64,000 nucleotides of DNA. It comes from Antedon mediterranea (lineage: Eukaryota; Animalia; Echinodermata). A program made the translations under genes and the position numbers. Positions within the stretch are counted from its first letter, which is position 1, and each line of letters begins with the position of its first letter. This document shows, in pieces, positions 38,410-48,696 of the stretch. The notes under the pieces are model-generated. The model saw only the letters and a list, made by a program, of their open reading frames with translations, had not been told where the DNA came from and did not search any database. The stretch is taken from assembly GCF_964355755.1 (NCBI RefSeq), contig NC_092676.1:6363888-6427887 (forward strand), in the 5' to 3' direction.

Positions 38410-41400
38410 TAGATTCTCGTTATTGTTAATATGCAGTAAAAACAATTGTATTCACTTACAAATGATCTACCAAATTTGAGCCTTTAAATGTAGTATTTTC
38501 TAGTATTGATATACTATTGTGATCTAAATTTCTATTTCAAAAAGAAAAAAAATGAAATATTATAAATAATAAATATCGTTCATCAAACATTGTTTATTCG
38601 ATATTGCCAATTAAGTTGACTATAGACAGCAGCAACGGCTATTTATCATCGAAATGTTGTTTCAATTTCATTTTAAAATACAGGTTTGTCAACAATTAAA
38701 ACATTCCATTTAGTTTAGGGAACGAATGCGTCAAATGCAATAACTATTAAGTGATTACTATTCTCAACACATAATATATTTTCTAAAAACACAAACATGA
38801 GAGCTAGCATTGTCTGACATTAATACCAACATTCCTGTCTCTCATTCCTAATATTATCCATAACAGTAATTTGTTTACAGAAAACATTATTAACAAGCAA
38901 ATTCCCATCCTCACAACCTTGAAACCCACTATCAAGTATATGTTCTACACTGTGTTTCGGTTTATTATTTTTGGCACATTTGTATGGCTTTCATACGTAT
39001 AAAACTTGAGCTAAATTCACAGTCTATAAAAACGTTTCAATGCATGTAAATAGTAAATTGCATAATTCGGTCATAGTGTACAGTACCGTATTGCGGCAAC
39101 CATGCGGTTATACCAACCTAAATAATTGTATTGACCTCTTTTCATTCATCTAGTTCCGTTGGATTGTAAACGCTTTTAGAGGTAGTAATTACACCTTTAT
39201 CAATTATAATCAATGTATAATATTAAACATTTTGGCACAATACCAAATACACATCTAGTAAAAATATATTTTAAAAACAGTTGAGAAATCGATCCTTAAA
39301 TCGATGCTAAACTTACACAGTACGAAGATGTGGAAGGTCATTAAAACATGTCGATACTTCTGTCAACATGTTATTCATTGCATATCTAGGAAATTAAAAA
39401 AATAAACATAAATTCCAACAAAATTTCCTATCTTGTCTTTAATTGTAGTGTTATATCCAATAATAAACCAGTGAAAACAAGATTTTCATGACGTAAGCCC
39501 AAATACCGAATACGATCAACGATACATTTTAGAAATAATACTTACGCTGAAACGATTGTCTTCGGAAATCTTGGTAAACTAGTAAGTACATTATTGTTAA
39601 GGTTTCTATCAAAAACAAAATTATTAAAGTTGTATTTTATAAGATATGTATCATTGATACATTAGACATAAAAGGAGCAAAACTAGATAAAATAACTCAA
39701 AACAATGACAATTAATTTTGAAATCTTACATTGAAAAAAGTTCCTGTAGCTGTAACAAAGCATTTGTGTCGATTTTCTTCAAGTTGTTATCGCTTAAGTA
39801 ACTATAAACAAGTAATTATGTTATGTTAAACTACTAGTTTATTTCGAATCCGTTATTATTAGAATTAATTAACTATCAACTAATGTAAAAACTATTGAAA
39901 TAAACAATATTTTATACAACTTGTTATGGAGTGGTAATAAAGAAAAAATTAAAAGAAATACTCTGATACAAAACATTGAAAATGGTGGGATTAAAATGAT
40001 AGACTTTAACTCTATGATTGAATCTTTAAAGTTAGGCTGGGTAAAACGTTTACTAAGCCCGGATCCAGGAAAGTGGAAATTTATTCCATTATACAATTTA
40101 TTTCCAATTAATTATGCATTAAGTATGACGGACGCAAACTTTGAGAAGCACAATGCACTCAAATATGTGAATACATTCTATATAAATATGCTTAAAGCCT
40201 GCATACGGTTTAATAATATTTATACTAAAAAACCTCAATGTATATTTGAAATAAAAACTCAGAGGGTTATGGGAGAATATATATGTCATGCATAACAAAA
40301 AATCGCTATTCTGTAAATCTTGGGTGAATTCAGGTATAACAAGGCCAACAGCCATTAAGTCGCGTGCTACAATGCATAGTGATACCGGACCGACAGACAG
40401 ACCGACAGACAGACAGACAGAGAGACCGACCGACCGACATAGTGAACTATACTGACCGAAATTACTGAACATGTTTAAAAATGTTGAAATGTTTAAAAAC
40501 ATTTATTTTTTTTAAATTTACACGTGCGTAGCCTGTCACTTTCGACGTGCTCGTATAACGTAATTTCGAGTTGAAAAGTAAGTCAAGAAAACAGAAATCG
40601 GGCAAAAACAGTGCGCAATAACATTTAACGCGCAGTGCGCGCGCAAAAATATGCGCACTCATGGCAATTTTGTAAACGCTTAAAATTGCCTGAAATGTAC
40701 TCTCATTTCTTCGAAAATAAATTTTGAAAATGTTAAGCGCGCGTACGCATGCGTTACATGCCCTACGCACGTAATTGTATTGCCATATGATGATTTATGC
40801 CCTGAAATTTATGAGTACCAAATTTTATTTAATTGTGATTCATGGTTGTGAAGATATAATTATAAACGTGATTTCGTTAAATCGTGCGTAGACCGCGTAA
40901 TTTTTTATTGCGCACCGTGAAAACATAACCACATTGATTCCTGGCCATAAGGAATATACTGTGGAAAATTGACCTAGCTAGATTAAACTGATATCAAGAT
41001 AAGGTCTTAAAGCGATAAAACGCATAGTGATACCGGACCGACAGACAGACAGACAGACCGACAGACAGACCGACAGACAGACAGACAGACAGACCGACCG
41101 ACCGACATAGTGAACTATAGAGTCGCTTCCACGCGACTAAAAACAGTAGGAGATATTATGGTTAAGTCTAAATTTAAGCATATTAATGAAATAACTCCAC
41201 TGTTGAAACGAATGGAAAATTCATTTTTAATATATATGCCACTAATTGACGCTATTCCGAGAAACTGGAAAGTTATAGTGGTTGAGAAACCCTATTGTTA
41301 TAATATACATAAAGAGGTTGATACAATAGAGAAAAATGTTAATGTTACTTCAAATTATAAACTGTCAAACAATTCTATTCCACTTTTACCGATGTAGCAT

Positions 41401-42622
41401 ATAAAGCGTGCATACCAAAAGCACAAGATAAATGGGAAAACCAACTTCAAAATTGTTTTATTGACTCGAATCTATGTTGGAAAAACAAAGTTAAGAGTAT
41501 GTTGCACATAAAAAGAGTGGCTTTCTTTAATTTTAAGTTGCTACATAAAATTTTACCAACTAGGTGTAAGCTAAAATTATGGAATTTGTCAAGCAGTAAT
41601 TATTGTGAATATTGTAATGAGGAGGTTGAAACCGAAAAGCATACGTTATTTACATGCAAAGAAGTAAAACATTGCTGGGTAAAATGTTGCGCTATGCTGA
41701 AAACATGTTTTGCATTTACTCAGGAAGTTACATGGAAGAAGATTGTACTTGGAAAATATGATGTCAAAATTAATGAAATATTTTCCATTTTAACTTTCTG
41801 TGTTTATAAAAGTAAAGTCAAACATAGACTAGGACTCTTCAAAAAATATCCATGGTTAATGTTCACTGTGAAGTTAGAAGGTATAATCAATTGTGAGTTG
41901 TTAATAAATAAAGAAAAGGCAAAAAAAATGTGGTCAGATATGGACCGTAACAATTTAGCAAGGTATAAAATTAACGTTTATAAAATTGATATTTAGGTAA
42001 AGTAAAATATAACTTTTTTTTTGATTGCCTGAAAGAGATAAAAAGAGTTATGAAATAAAGAATTCTGTGGTAAATTATACGTACATGGTTAAGAATTGAA
42101 AAACGTGTAAAGAGTGTATAACATAGAGGAAAATATTTTTTTTTTCTTCTTTCCTTATACTATTATATATAAAATACAATGGTAGGAGTGAGATATCAGA
42201 TGTACTGAAAGTTATTTAATGTCAATTATATTGTATTGTATCATTACATTACTCATGTGCAATGCATTTAATATATTACAGTATTAAAGTTTATGTTTGT
42301 ACTACTTTTTAAATATGTTATTGGTGAATAAGCTAAAACACATGGAATTAAGTTTTATTTATTTACTTTTTGTTTTACTAGATTTATGAAATTCAAATTT
42401 AAAAATCTAAACTTACAGAAACAGTGTATTTGCAGGAATTCCTACCGGCCATTCATTGAGTCCACGGTTTGTACAATTCACTGTTCGTCTTCTTTCTGTA
42501 CATTCACAAACTGCATTCACATTAGTATCATTACTACATGCAACCTCAACACATTTAGAAGAATCCACCAACAAACAAAACAAGAACAAAATCAACAAAT
42601 TGTGAGACATTATCTTCAACAT
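22329..42622 (-). CDS. LRR / Cys-rich / multi-TM (TRP-like) receptor, paralog B, 19 exons, ~1104 codons, one in-frame TAA at 28680-28678. Exons 42622-42417, 39801-39730, 39605-39546, 39385-39317, 38531-38460, 34317-34249, 33560-33483, 33344-33273, 31047-30979, 30749-30678, 30411-30346, 29481-29347, 29117-29049, 28687-28613, 28484-28413, 28271-28212, 24606-24422, 24271-22568, 22438-22329
   Basis: All introns are GT-AG and the frame is consistent end to end (3315 nt). LRR exons include FLAGNSLQSIPAKAFQGKYFLE, SLKANKIRFIDKDAFVDVDHIRI and MLMGNSITSIQERAFSGTNLQF. A Cys-rich region follows (CSPCEKGTYK, CTKCPPGGFYQD, CQQCPIGSFS, CAKGYTGWLCAACSKGYY), then 8-9 hydrophobic helices. The last exon is the least certain. 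Confidence 0.88.
25338..26838 (-). mobile_element. Diverged Helitron copy, 3' hairpin truncated, with a nested MITE
   Basis: 5' TCTATACGTAAG on the minus strand at 26838. The body matches 19260-20420. The 3' remnant is GTACCATCTAGGTCGTGCCCACAGATGG. Confidence 0.8.
25941..26341. mobile_element. PIF/Harbinger-like MITE (~400 bp, largely palindromic)
   Basis: TIR AGGCCCATTCACACTGGGACGATAA...TTATCGTCCTAGTGTAAATGGGCCT, flanked by TAA/TTA. Absent from the other Helitron copies. Confidence 0.8.
26839..28041 (-). mobile_element. Non-autonomous Helitron, full length
   Basis: Minus-strand 5' A|TCTATATATAAATTTACG at 28041; 3' hairpin ending CCATCTAG at 26839. Closely similar to 19246-20448. Confidence 0.88.
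31505..31790 (-). mobile_element. tRNA-derived repeat near (TA)n tracts; tRNA-like core at 31571-31642
   Basis: TCCCAGTGGTCTAATGGTTAGGACATCTGCATATCAAGCAGGCGGTCCGAGTTCGAGTCTCGGTTGGGG has A and B boxes and resembles tRNA-Glu/Asp. Its 3' flank is shared with the copy at 19052. Confidence 0.7.
32005..32240 (+). mobile_element. Penelope-like element fragment (GIY-YIG endonuclease C-terminus)
   Basis: Translation IDRESGTYSRRMKEAIWIRRRQNNINRDEG fits the PLE motif R.IKEAI.I...NRD.G. Confidence 0.75.
33935..35352 (+). repeat. ~280-bp direct duplication (33935-34225 and 35070-35352) bracketing LRR exon 34317-34249
   Basis: Both copies share TCCGACTGTCCTCCTCCCAGATTCAATCTAAATGGCCATGG, a LINE RT scrap (KPSKCNVMRISF) fused to the tRNA-like module of the 4186-5162 family. 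Confidence 0.85.
34445..34935 (-). mobile_element. Rex1/Babar-like LINE fragment (RT C-terminus, with stops)
   Basis: The minus frame reads VEIVDNFKSLGVVITRDLKWHNHITKCTKKAQQRLYFLRRLNSFGV...DSSHPMH..FEMLRSGRRYRSITSRTNRFHNSFYPAAIQALN. Confidence 0.85.
35850..37038 (-). mobile_element. 3'-truncated Helitron copy, interrupting a member of the 4186-5162 family
   Basis: The 5' TC terminus at 37038 abuts TTCGGCCTACC (compare 4699). The body matches 27270-28041. Confidence 0.82.
36221..36497. mobile_element. MITE-like insert of ~70-bp tandem hairpin units
   Basis: Three units of CGAAAACAGAGACCCCC-TATATAAC.TAATATTGAGACGTTTTAGT-GGGGGTCTCTGTTTTCG, ending CGAGACACCC. Flanked by a ~75-bp host duplication (36150-36222 / 36500-36575). 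Confidence 0.75.
38050..38412. repeat. Compound (CTA)n/(TAA)n/(TAG)n microsatellite with a duplicated ~70-bp unique segment
   Basis: AACAATCG.TCGCTAAATAGGGCTAGGCCTCGGACTCGTATACAA occurs at 38050 and 38284, each time followed by (CTA)n then (TAG)n. Confidence 0.92.
39860..42000 (+). mobile_element. 5'-truncated Tx1/L1-clade LINE (post-RT region and zinc-binding C-terminus) in intron 1 of copy B
   Basis: Frameshifted ORFs read LWSGNKEKIKRNTLIQNIENGGIKMIDF...LKLGWVKRL and FNFKLLHKILPT...CEYCNEEVETEKHTLFTC. Absent from intron 1 of copy A. Confidence 0.88.
40338..41143 (-). mobile_element. HINE/DINE-1-like (Helentron-associated) non-autonomous element nested in the LINE
   Basis: The minus strand has TTTTT-AGTCGCGTG subTIR, partial IR GCGACT, two (GTCG/GTCT)n tracts, a 3' subTIR CACGCGACT, the small stem-loop GGCTGTTGGCC and TTGTT. 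Removing it restores the LINE peptide SWVNSGI|KTVGDI. Confidence 0.85.
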
Positions 42623-42859
42623 CTTTGCAGGTAAATGGAAATGTAGACTGCCTCTACGACAGTTATAGATTGTTAGAAACTTTACTAAGGACAATGCTGT
42701 ATTATATGAACCAATAAAATTCAACCGTTTTATTTTTGTGTTTCTTTATAGAAACGTAAGTTTTTGAAACAATTCATTTTCATCATTAAGAACAATTTCC
42801 GGGTTCAATGCATGGGTTATGTGTTCTAGTAATATCTGTTGCTCTTTCAATACAAATAC

Positions 42860-43730
42860 CAACAGACGTTAAAAAAGACAACGACACAATGTACGTAACC
42901 TCGTGATTATTTTGTGTTGTTATCTTAACGTTTAACGATCCTAAAGCCGATTTTCCACTAGGCGAATTTGTTCGCGCGAATCGAACGCGCCAGCTTGTAC
43001 GCATGTGTATTCATGTTTACGTCTTCCAAATCCTTCTCTACGCATGCGTATTAGCTGACGCCTTCGATTCGCGCCAACAAATTCGCCTAGTGGAAAATCG
43101 GCTTAACCATTGACTGTCCCATGGTATTATAATACAATGTAGGACTTGATTGTAGAAAATTAAATACATTCAAACAAATAAATAGAAAGTAAAACAAAAT
43201 TGTTGGTTGGTTTTAAATTCATGGATTGATTAAATAACGAACCATAAACAACAAAGGTGAGTGTACGTACACAGCCAACAGACGTTAAGACAACACAATG
43301 TACGTAACCTCGTGATTATTTTGTATAGTTATCTTAACGCTTAACGACCCTAACCATTGATTGTGCCATGGTATAATACAATTTAGGATTTGATTGTAGA
43401 AAATGCAAAACAAATAAAAAGAAAGTAAAACAAAATTATTGGTTGGTTTTAAATTCATGGATTGATTAAATAACGAACCATAAACAACAAAGGTGAGTGT
43501 ACGTACACAGCCAACAGACGTTAAGACAACACAATGTACGTAACCTCGTGATTATTTTGTATAGTTATCTTAACGCTTAACGACCCTAACCATTGATTGT
43601 GCCATGGTATAATACAATTTAGGATTTGATTGTAGAAAATGCAAAACAAATAAAAAGAAAGTAAAACAAAATTATTGGTTGGTTTCAAATTCATGGATTG
43701 AGTACTTAAGAAAACATAAACAACAAAAGC
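42860..43730. repeat. Tandem triplication of a ~238-bp upstream segment of copy B
   Basis: CAACAGACGTTAAGACAACACAATG starts units near 42860, 43276 and 43514. Copy A has a single unit (14770-14985). Confidence 0.88.
42945..43103. mobile_element. 159-bp PIF/Harbinger (Tourist-like) MITE, TSD TAA
   Basis: TAA|AGCCGATTTTCCACTAGGCGAATTTGTT...AACAAATTCGCCTAGTGGAAAATCGGCT|TAA. The empty site GATCCTAACCATTG is at 14830 in copy A. Confidence 0.93.
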
Positions 43731-45139
43731 GACTGCATGTAGTTTCGTGATTTTGTTTGTTTAGCAGAGATGTTTACATTTTAAAGAAATGAATTCTGAA
43801 TTCTGATGACGATCTTTTCAATTCAGTGCGGTCTAAAATAAACAATTCAAAAGAATAATATAACTTATTTTAAAAACATGCTAAAAATGTTTCACAGCTT
43901 TACCTAAGTGTATTGTTTAAAGTAGTATTGTAACTACCCATAAAACAAACCATCTAAAGAATATTAAGCCCAGGCAGCAATAAATGAATTAATATAACGT
44001 TAATATATTAGCTGACTCATTTATCAATATTTCATGCAGTTCATGAACATTTGAAACAAAGCATCATTGCATTTTTATGCACCGTTTGCTTGTTAATCAG
44101 TTGAAAAAACTGTTTTGCACACGATACGCTTGTTCATGAATTCAAACAATAATTATTTCAAACATCCACTTTCCAAACAGCAGTTTTTCGTACCGAAAGT
44201 CTTTTCCCGATGCGAGTTTAAAGTGGCTCCATATTAATAACCTACTTTTTATTGGCCAGTTTTACACAATGTTCGTTTGTTCGTGATTTCATGTCACTAA
44301 AATCCATCATAATGGTATACTAGAATTGTTGTAATGTGTTCAAGATATACAACATTATTGTCCCTGATTAAAACAATGAATATAAATTAGAAAAATATTT
44401 GTTGCCACTTGAGATAAAAAAGAGGCAATAATTAACAAATCGTATGGGTTCAGTATCTTAATACAATCACAAGTTCGATTAAAGTGTGACGAATGAGGGC
44501 GTACTTTGTTTTATGGAAGGCCATTTTTATTTGGACTTTTTTAAACACAAATCTGTATATATATATATTAGTTTAAATTTGGATTTCTTTTTATGTAATG
44601 TATTTAATTATATATTTTATTGCAAACTAAACTTAAATTATGCTATAAACAGTTAATTACCATTGGTTTCATAGCTTTTGTAATATATTTGTTTACGGGC
44701 GCTAACGGCGTATCGTAATTTCGGCCACGTTCCTTCTTCGAATTCGCGGTAAAAAAATCACGACATGAGGTGGTAAAAAATTGCGTACAGACGTTAAATT
44801 CCAGATTTTGCACGACGCAACATCAAGAAATGATCTTTCAATATATTCTGAACATAGGCCTACTGCGTGAATTGAATTAGGTTAAGAGCTTATGCCACGG
44901 TGAGGGCGATTTTTGCCTATGCCTACGAAGAATATATAATGTTTCAAAAGAATTTTATTTTAATTTGGTCCTCACAAAAGAAAATAATAATAGTTAGGAT
45001 GACTATAACGAGGCATTTAATAAAAAGGCAAATTGCCTTAAAATGTAAATGTGACATGTTTCGAGAAACTATTCTCATCATCAGAACAGTAAACAACGCC
45101 TAGAGTGCTTATAAAAATAATAATAATATTTTTTAAAGT

Positions 45140-46540
45140 TCGCCAATTTATTCTGATCTACATAAAAGTTGAAATCGTTTCTGTCAAGCAAAACATAATT
45201 GTTGTCTGTAACTGTTGTTATTTATGGATAATTTATAATGATATCATACTAGTTCGTCCGTAGTTTGGTTGACCTTTAAACTCTGATACTATTGAATCTT
45301 CTTAAACGCTAAACGTCGTTAGACATTGCGCGTCTCATAGTACGTTTTTGAGCAAGCATCGCATGTGAAAAATTCTGTTTCCTTTTTATGTTTGCCATCC
45401 ATGTTGTTTTTGGTCTTCCTTTTGGTCTTTTGCAGAACTTCTCTGCGTGCGATCTTAGCTGGTGTGTTTTCATTTAAACGGAGCAGGTGAACATACCATG
45501 TCAGCCTTCTTTTTACATTCTTACTCCACTCAATTTATCCTGTTCTTTTGTACAGATCTTCATTGTTTAATTTCTCTGGCCATCTTATACCTATTATCCT
45601 CTTTAGGAATTTTCTTTGAAATATATCGATTTCACTCTGTATGTATAGTTATATTGTCATTGTCCAGATTTCACAATTATACAAAAAGATGCTTGTGATG
45701 TATGTAGTCAGTTCTCTTACGCCTATGGCTACTACACTAGTGGTAAAGTAAAAGACTATAATTGATACAGTATTGGAATACCATCATCTAGATCTATATT
45801 TTGTCAAAAAAATTACCCAAATACAATTACTACTACATTTACTCACTAAAATTGGGTGATTTAAGATTTTGTTACAAATTAATAGTCATTCTTAGTACAC
45901 AATAAATAATTAACTAGTTAATGGAACAAAATTAGAAACTGGTGATGGTGATCTACAAACCAGTATTGTACAGTGTTCTCCCAATTTAGAAATCAATTCT
46001 GGACAATTAAACGAGGAATCCTATTAAAGTGATAATAATGAAAGTGTAATTGGAAAGTGTAAGATATTATAAATAAAAATAAAAAAAAATGCATCACAAT
46101 TTACAAAATATAGTCTCTGTCTGATTTTAACGTTAATACAAGTAGCTAGGCCTAGCCTACAGTACCACTATACTAGTAGTACTAGGACAGTTGTTTACAC
46201 AATTTTTAATACAGATTGAAAGCAGTTTATACCAGTTAATATTGCTGGTAAAACCGGAGAACACTGCTATGATACAATATTATATGTAAATAAAAATAAA
46301 AATAAAATAAATAAAACTTTAATACATATTGAATCCATTGATTGTTAACAGCAGCTGTGTCTTTCACATATATACAGAATGAATTGGGAGTGTAAATAAA
46401 CAAAACCATATAAAATGAATAAATATTGTCATTATAAACATTAATTGTGAATAAGATTTTAGTCTACATACTATTTAAAACAAATAATTGAGCCATCAAT
46501 ACTTTTTTTCTATTTCAAGATCCAGAGAAACGGTGTCTCA
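45140..46540 (+). pseudogene. MGST3: Decayed unprocessed MGST3 duplicate (intron 2, exon 4 and start of exon 5 remnants)
   Basis: 45140-45285 ~ 58900-59072. 45704-45760 TGTAGTCAGTTCTCTTACGCCTATGGCTACTACACTAGTGGTAA ~ exon 4. 46455-46540 TTTCAAGATCCAGAGAAACGG ~ start of exon 5. Confidence 0.88.
45300..45700 (-). mobile_element. RTE-like LINE 3' fragment within the MGST3 remnant
   Basis: The minus frame reads RLTWYVHLLRLNENTPAKIA...KGRPKTTWMANIK, matching the RL.W.GH..R...GRP..TW motif. Confidence 0.7.
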
Positions 46541-48696
46541 TCCAGAAAATAAAAAATTATAATTCACTTAGACCTAGGTCTTTTCAATTAACAGAAGAAT
46601 TTCCATCAATAAACCTAAATTATCAATAATATTATTATCAGGTAGGCCGAATAAATAATAAGCCGAATCACTGGATGTTCAGCGCGCCGCGCGTTCCGGG
46701 TTACTTACTACCAATCACAGTATTTCGTCGCATCTATAATAACCAAATGAGGGCGCTAAGTATACATAGTTCAATGAGTTTAGTTTAATTATTTTTCAAG
46801 CAAGTTAGGTGGCGCGGCGTGTAAAACGTAGTCTCCTGATGATGTGGACTAATCTTCGTGAGTTCGAGTCCCAGTAGATGACTTTTATTTACTTATTTCC
46901 AAACGCGAGTGTTGCCACACACAGTTAATATCAAACTCCTCGAGAATTTACTGGACGCAATGTTCCCCGAACCACCGGTAGATGGCGTTGTACACGACTA
47001 AAGCGTTTACGGAAACACACTCAATTACTTTCGTAGTGAGAAATCAGGTTATGACCTAAAATACTGTAGCCAACATTTTGACATTGTATCGCATGGAACG
47101 CCTTAGAATGGTTTCAAGAGGGTTGGAAAAGCTGAAAAACATACGAAACTGTATATACAATTGCATTAGTGTCCTGAGGACCAACAGCAATTGTGTGCAA
47201 ACACCAGACAAACAGCACTATTATAAATTGACAGTACATGTTTTACGTGCAGTCAACATGTTTTAAGTTCCAGATCATCAGTGGTTATGAAATGAATCGA
47301 TTTGACCTACTCTGATTAACGGTCCAGTAACTTTTAATTGTGTATACAAGCTTCCCTCTGAGATAGTGTTATTAAAATGATTGAACGTTACTGTTACTAC
47401 GGTACTGTATATCAAAATGGATTTAAACGTGTATGTAGGCAGTTAATATCATTCTCGGTATAGCTAAATGGATCAAACCGACGAAATGGCTTTACCTGCT
47501 GCGTTTCTTTAAATTAAATATTGTCGAAAGAGAACAAACCAATATGATATTTGTTTTCGCACCTGAAAACTTACCATAATCTTAGTTCCTTATTTGAATT
47601 AAATTAAAGAGATAGTTAAAAGTTTTATTGTTTAAAACATAGGTATATTATTGTAATATCTTGTTACTATGTTTATTCAACAACGAAAGAGAACATTATA
47701 TTTTACATTTTCTCTTTTAGTTTAGTTTTATCTTTTTTTTTGTATTAACATTTTGTTGTAAGAATTTGAAATTGATTTGGGCAGCTTTTGTCATCTTGCA
47801 CCCGATTCTGCTACTGTCCACAGGTGCTATCTGTAAAACTATAGCAATTTATACACGTTGCTGTCTGCTATAAATGCTGTACTTTTAACACACGGTACAC
47901 TGTCTGGGCAGCTGTTGTCATCTTTTGTCATCTTTTGTCATCTTGATACATTTAGGCCTATTTTACGCTTATTACAACACCTATTTCTACATTCCTCTTC
48001 GCTTGCGATATTGGTATGGAGGCTGGCTACTATTTTAACAATATGTATATAAAAGATTTTCTTAAAAAATATAAATTATTTTTTTATATTTTACAACAAT
48101 TGGTGTTGTTACAATTACTTTCCAATTGATTTGGTTGGCATTGATAACAGAATGAAATAATACATTTTCTTTATGACTTACCTTGATAAAATTAAGTCTT
48201 GATACATTATCAGTTCATTATTAATTTTATCGTAATTTGGAACACAGAATTCACCAAGTGCTATACAATGCATTCTCCTATATTTATTTTTAAATGTATG
48301 GTTCCGAACGTAAAATGTTGTGAGTATCAGGATAGATTTTAATAGTTTGTAGAATGTTGGCATATCGTTAAGAATTATATTTCAGTATTATTTTTTCCAA
48401 TCTTAACTGTACAACATTAGATAGGCCTACGAATAGTATTTTGCATTTCAGGTCAGGGCTAAGTGGCATAGTTTATGTTACTAAAATCTCATATGGCCCT
48501 ATGGTTTATATTTAAACAATGGCAACTCTCCCTTTAATTGAATTTGAAAAAGGAAGTAGAACATCTTATATTCAGAAAATTATCACACGACTAACTTTAC
48601 ATAAATGAATTGAACCGCTTGATAGTTTACGGTTCGACGTGATCTTGTATTAGTACTATACATTCTCTTCTGTTTTGTTGACTATACATAAACATC

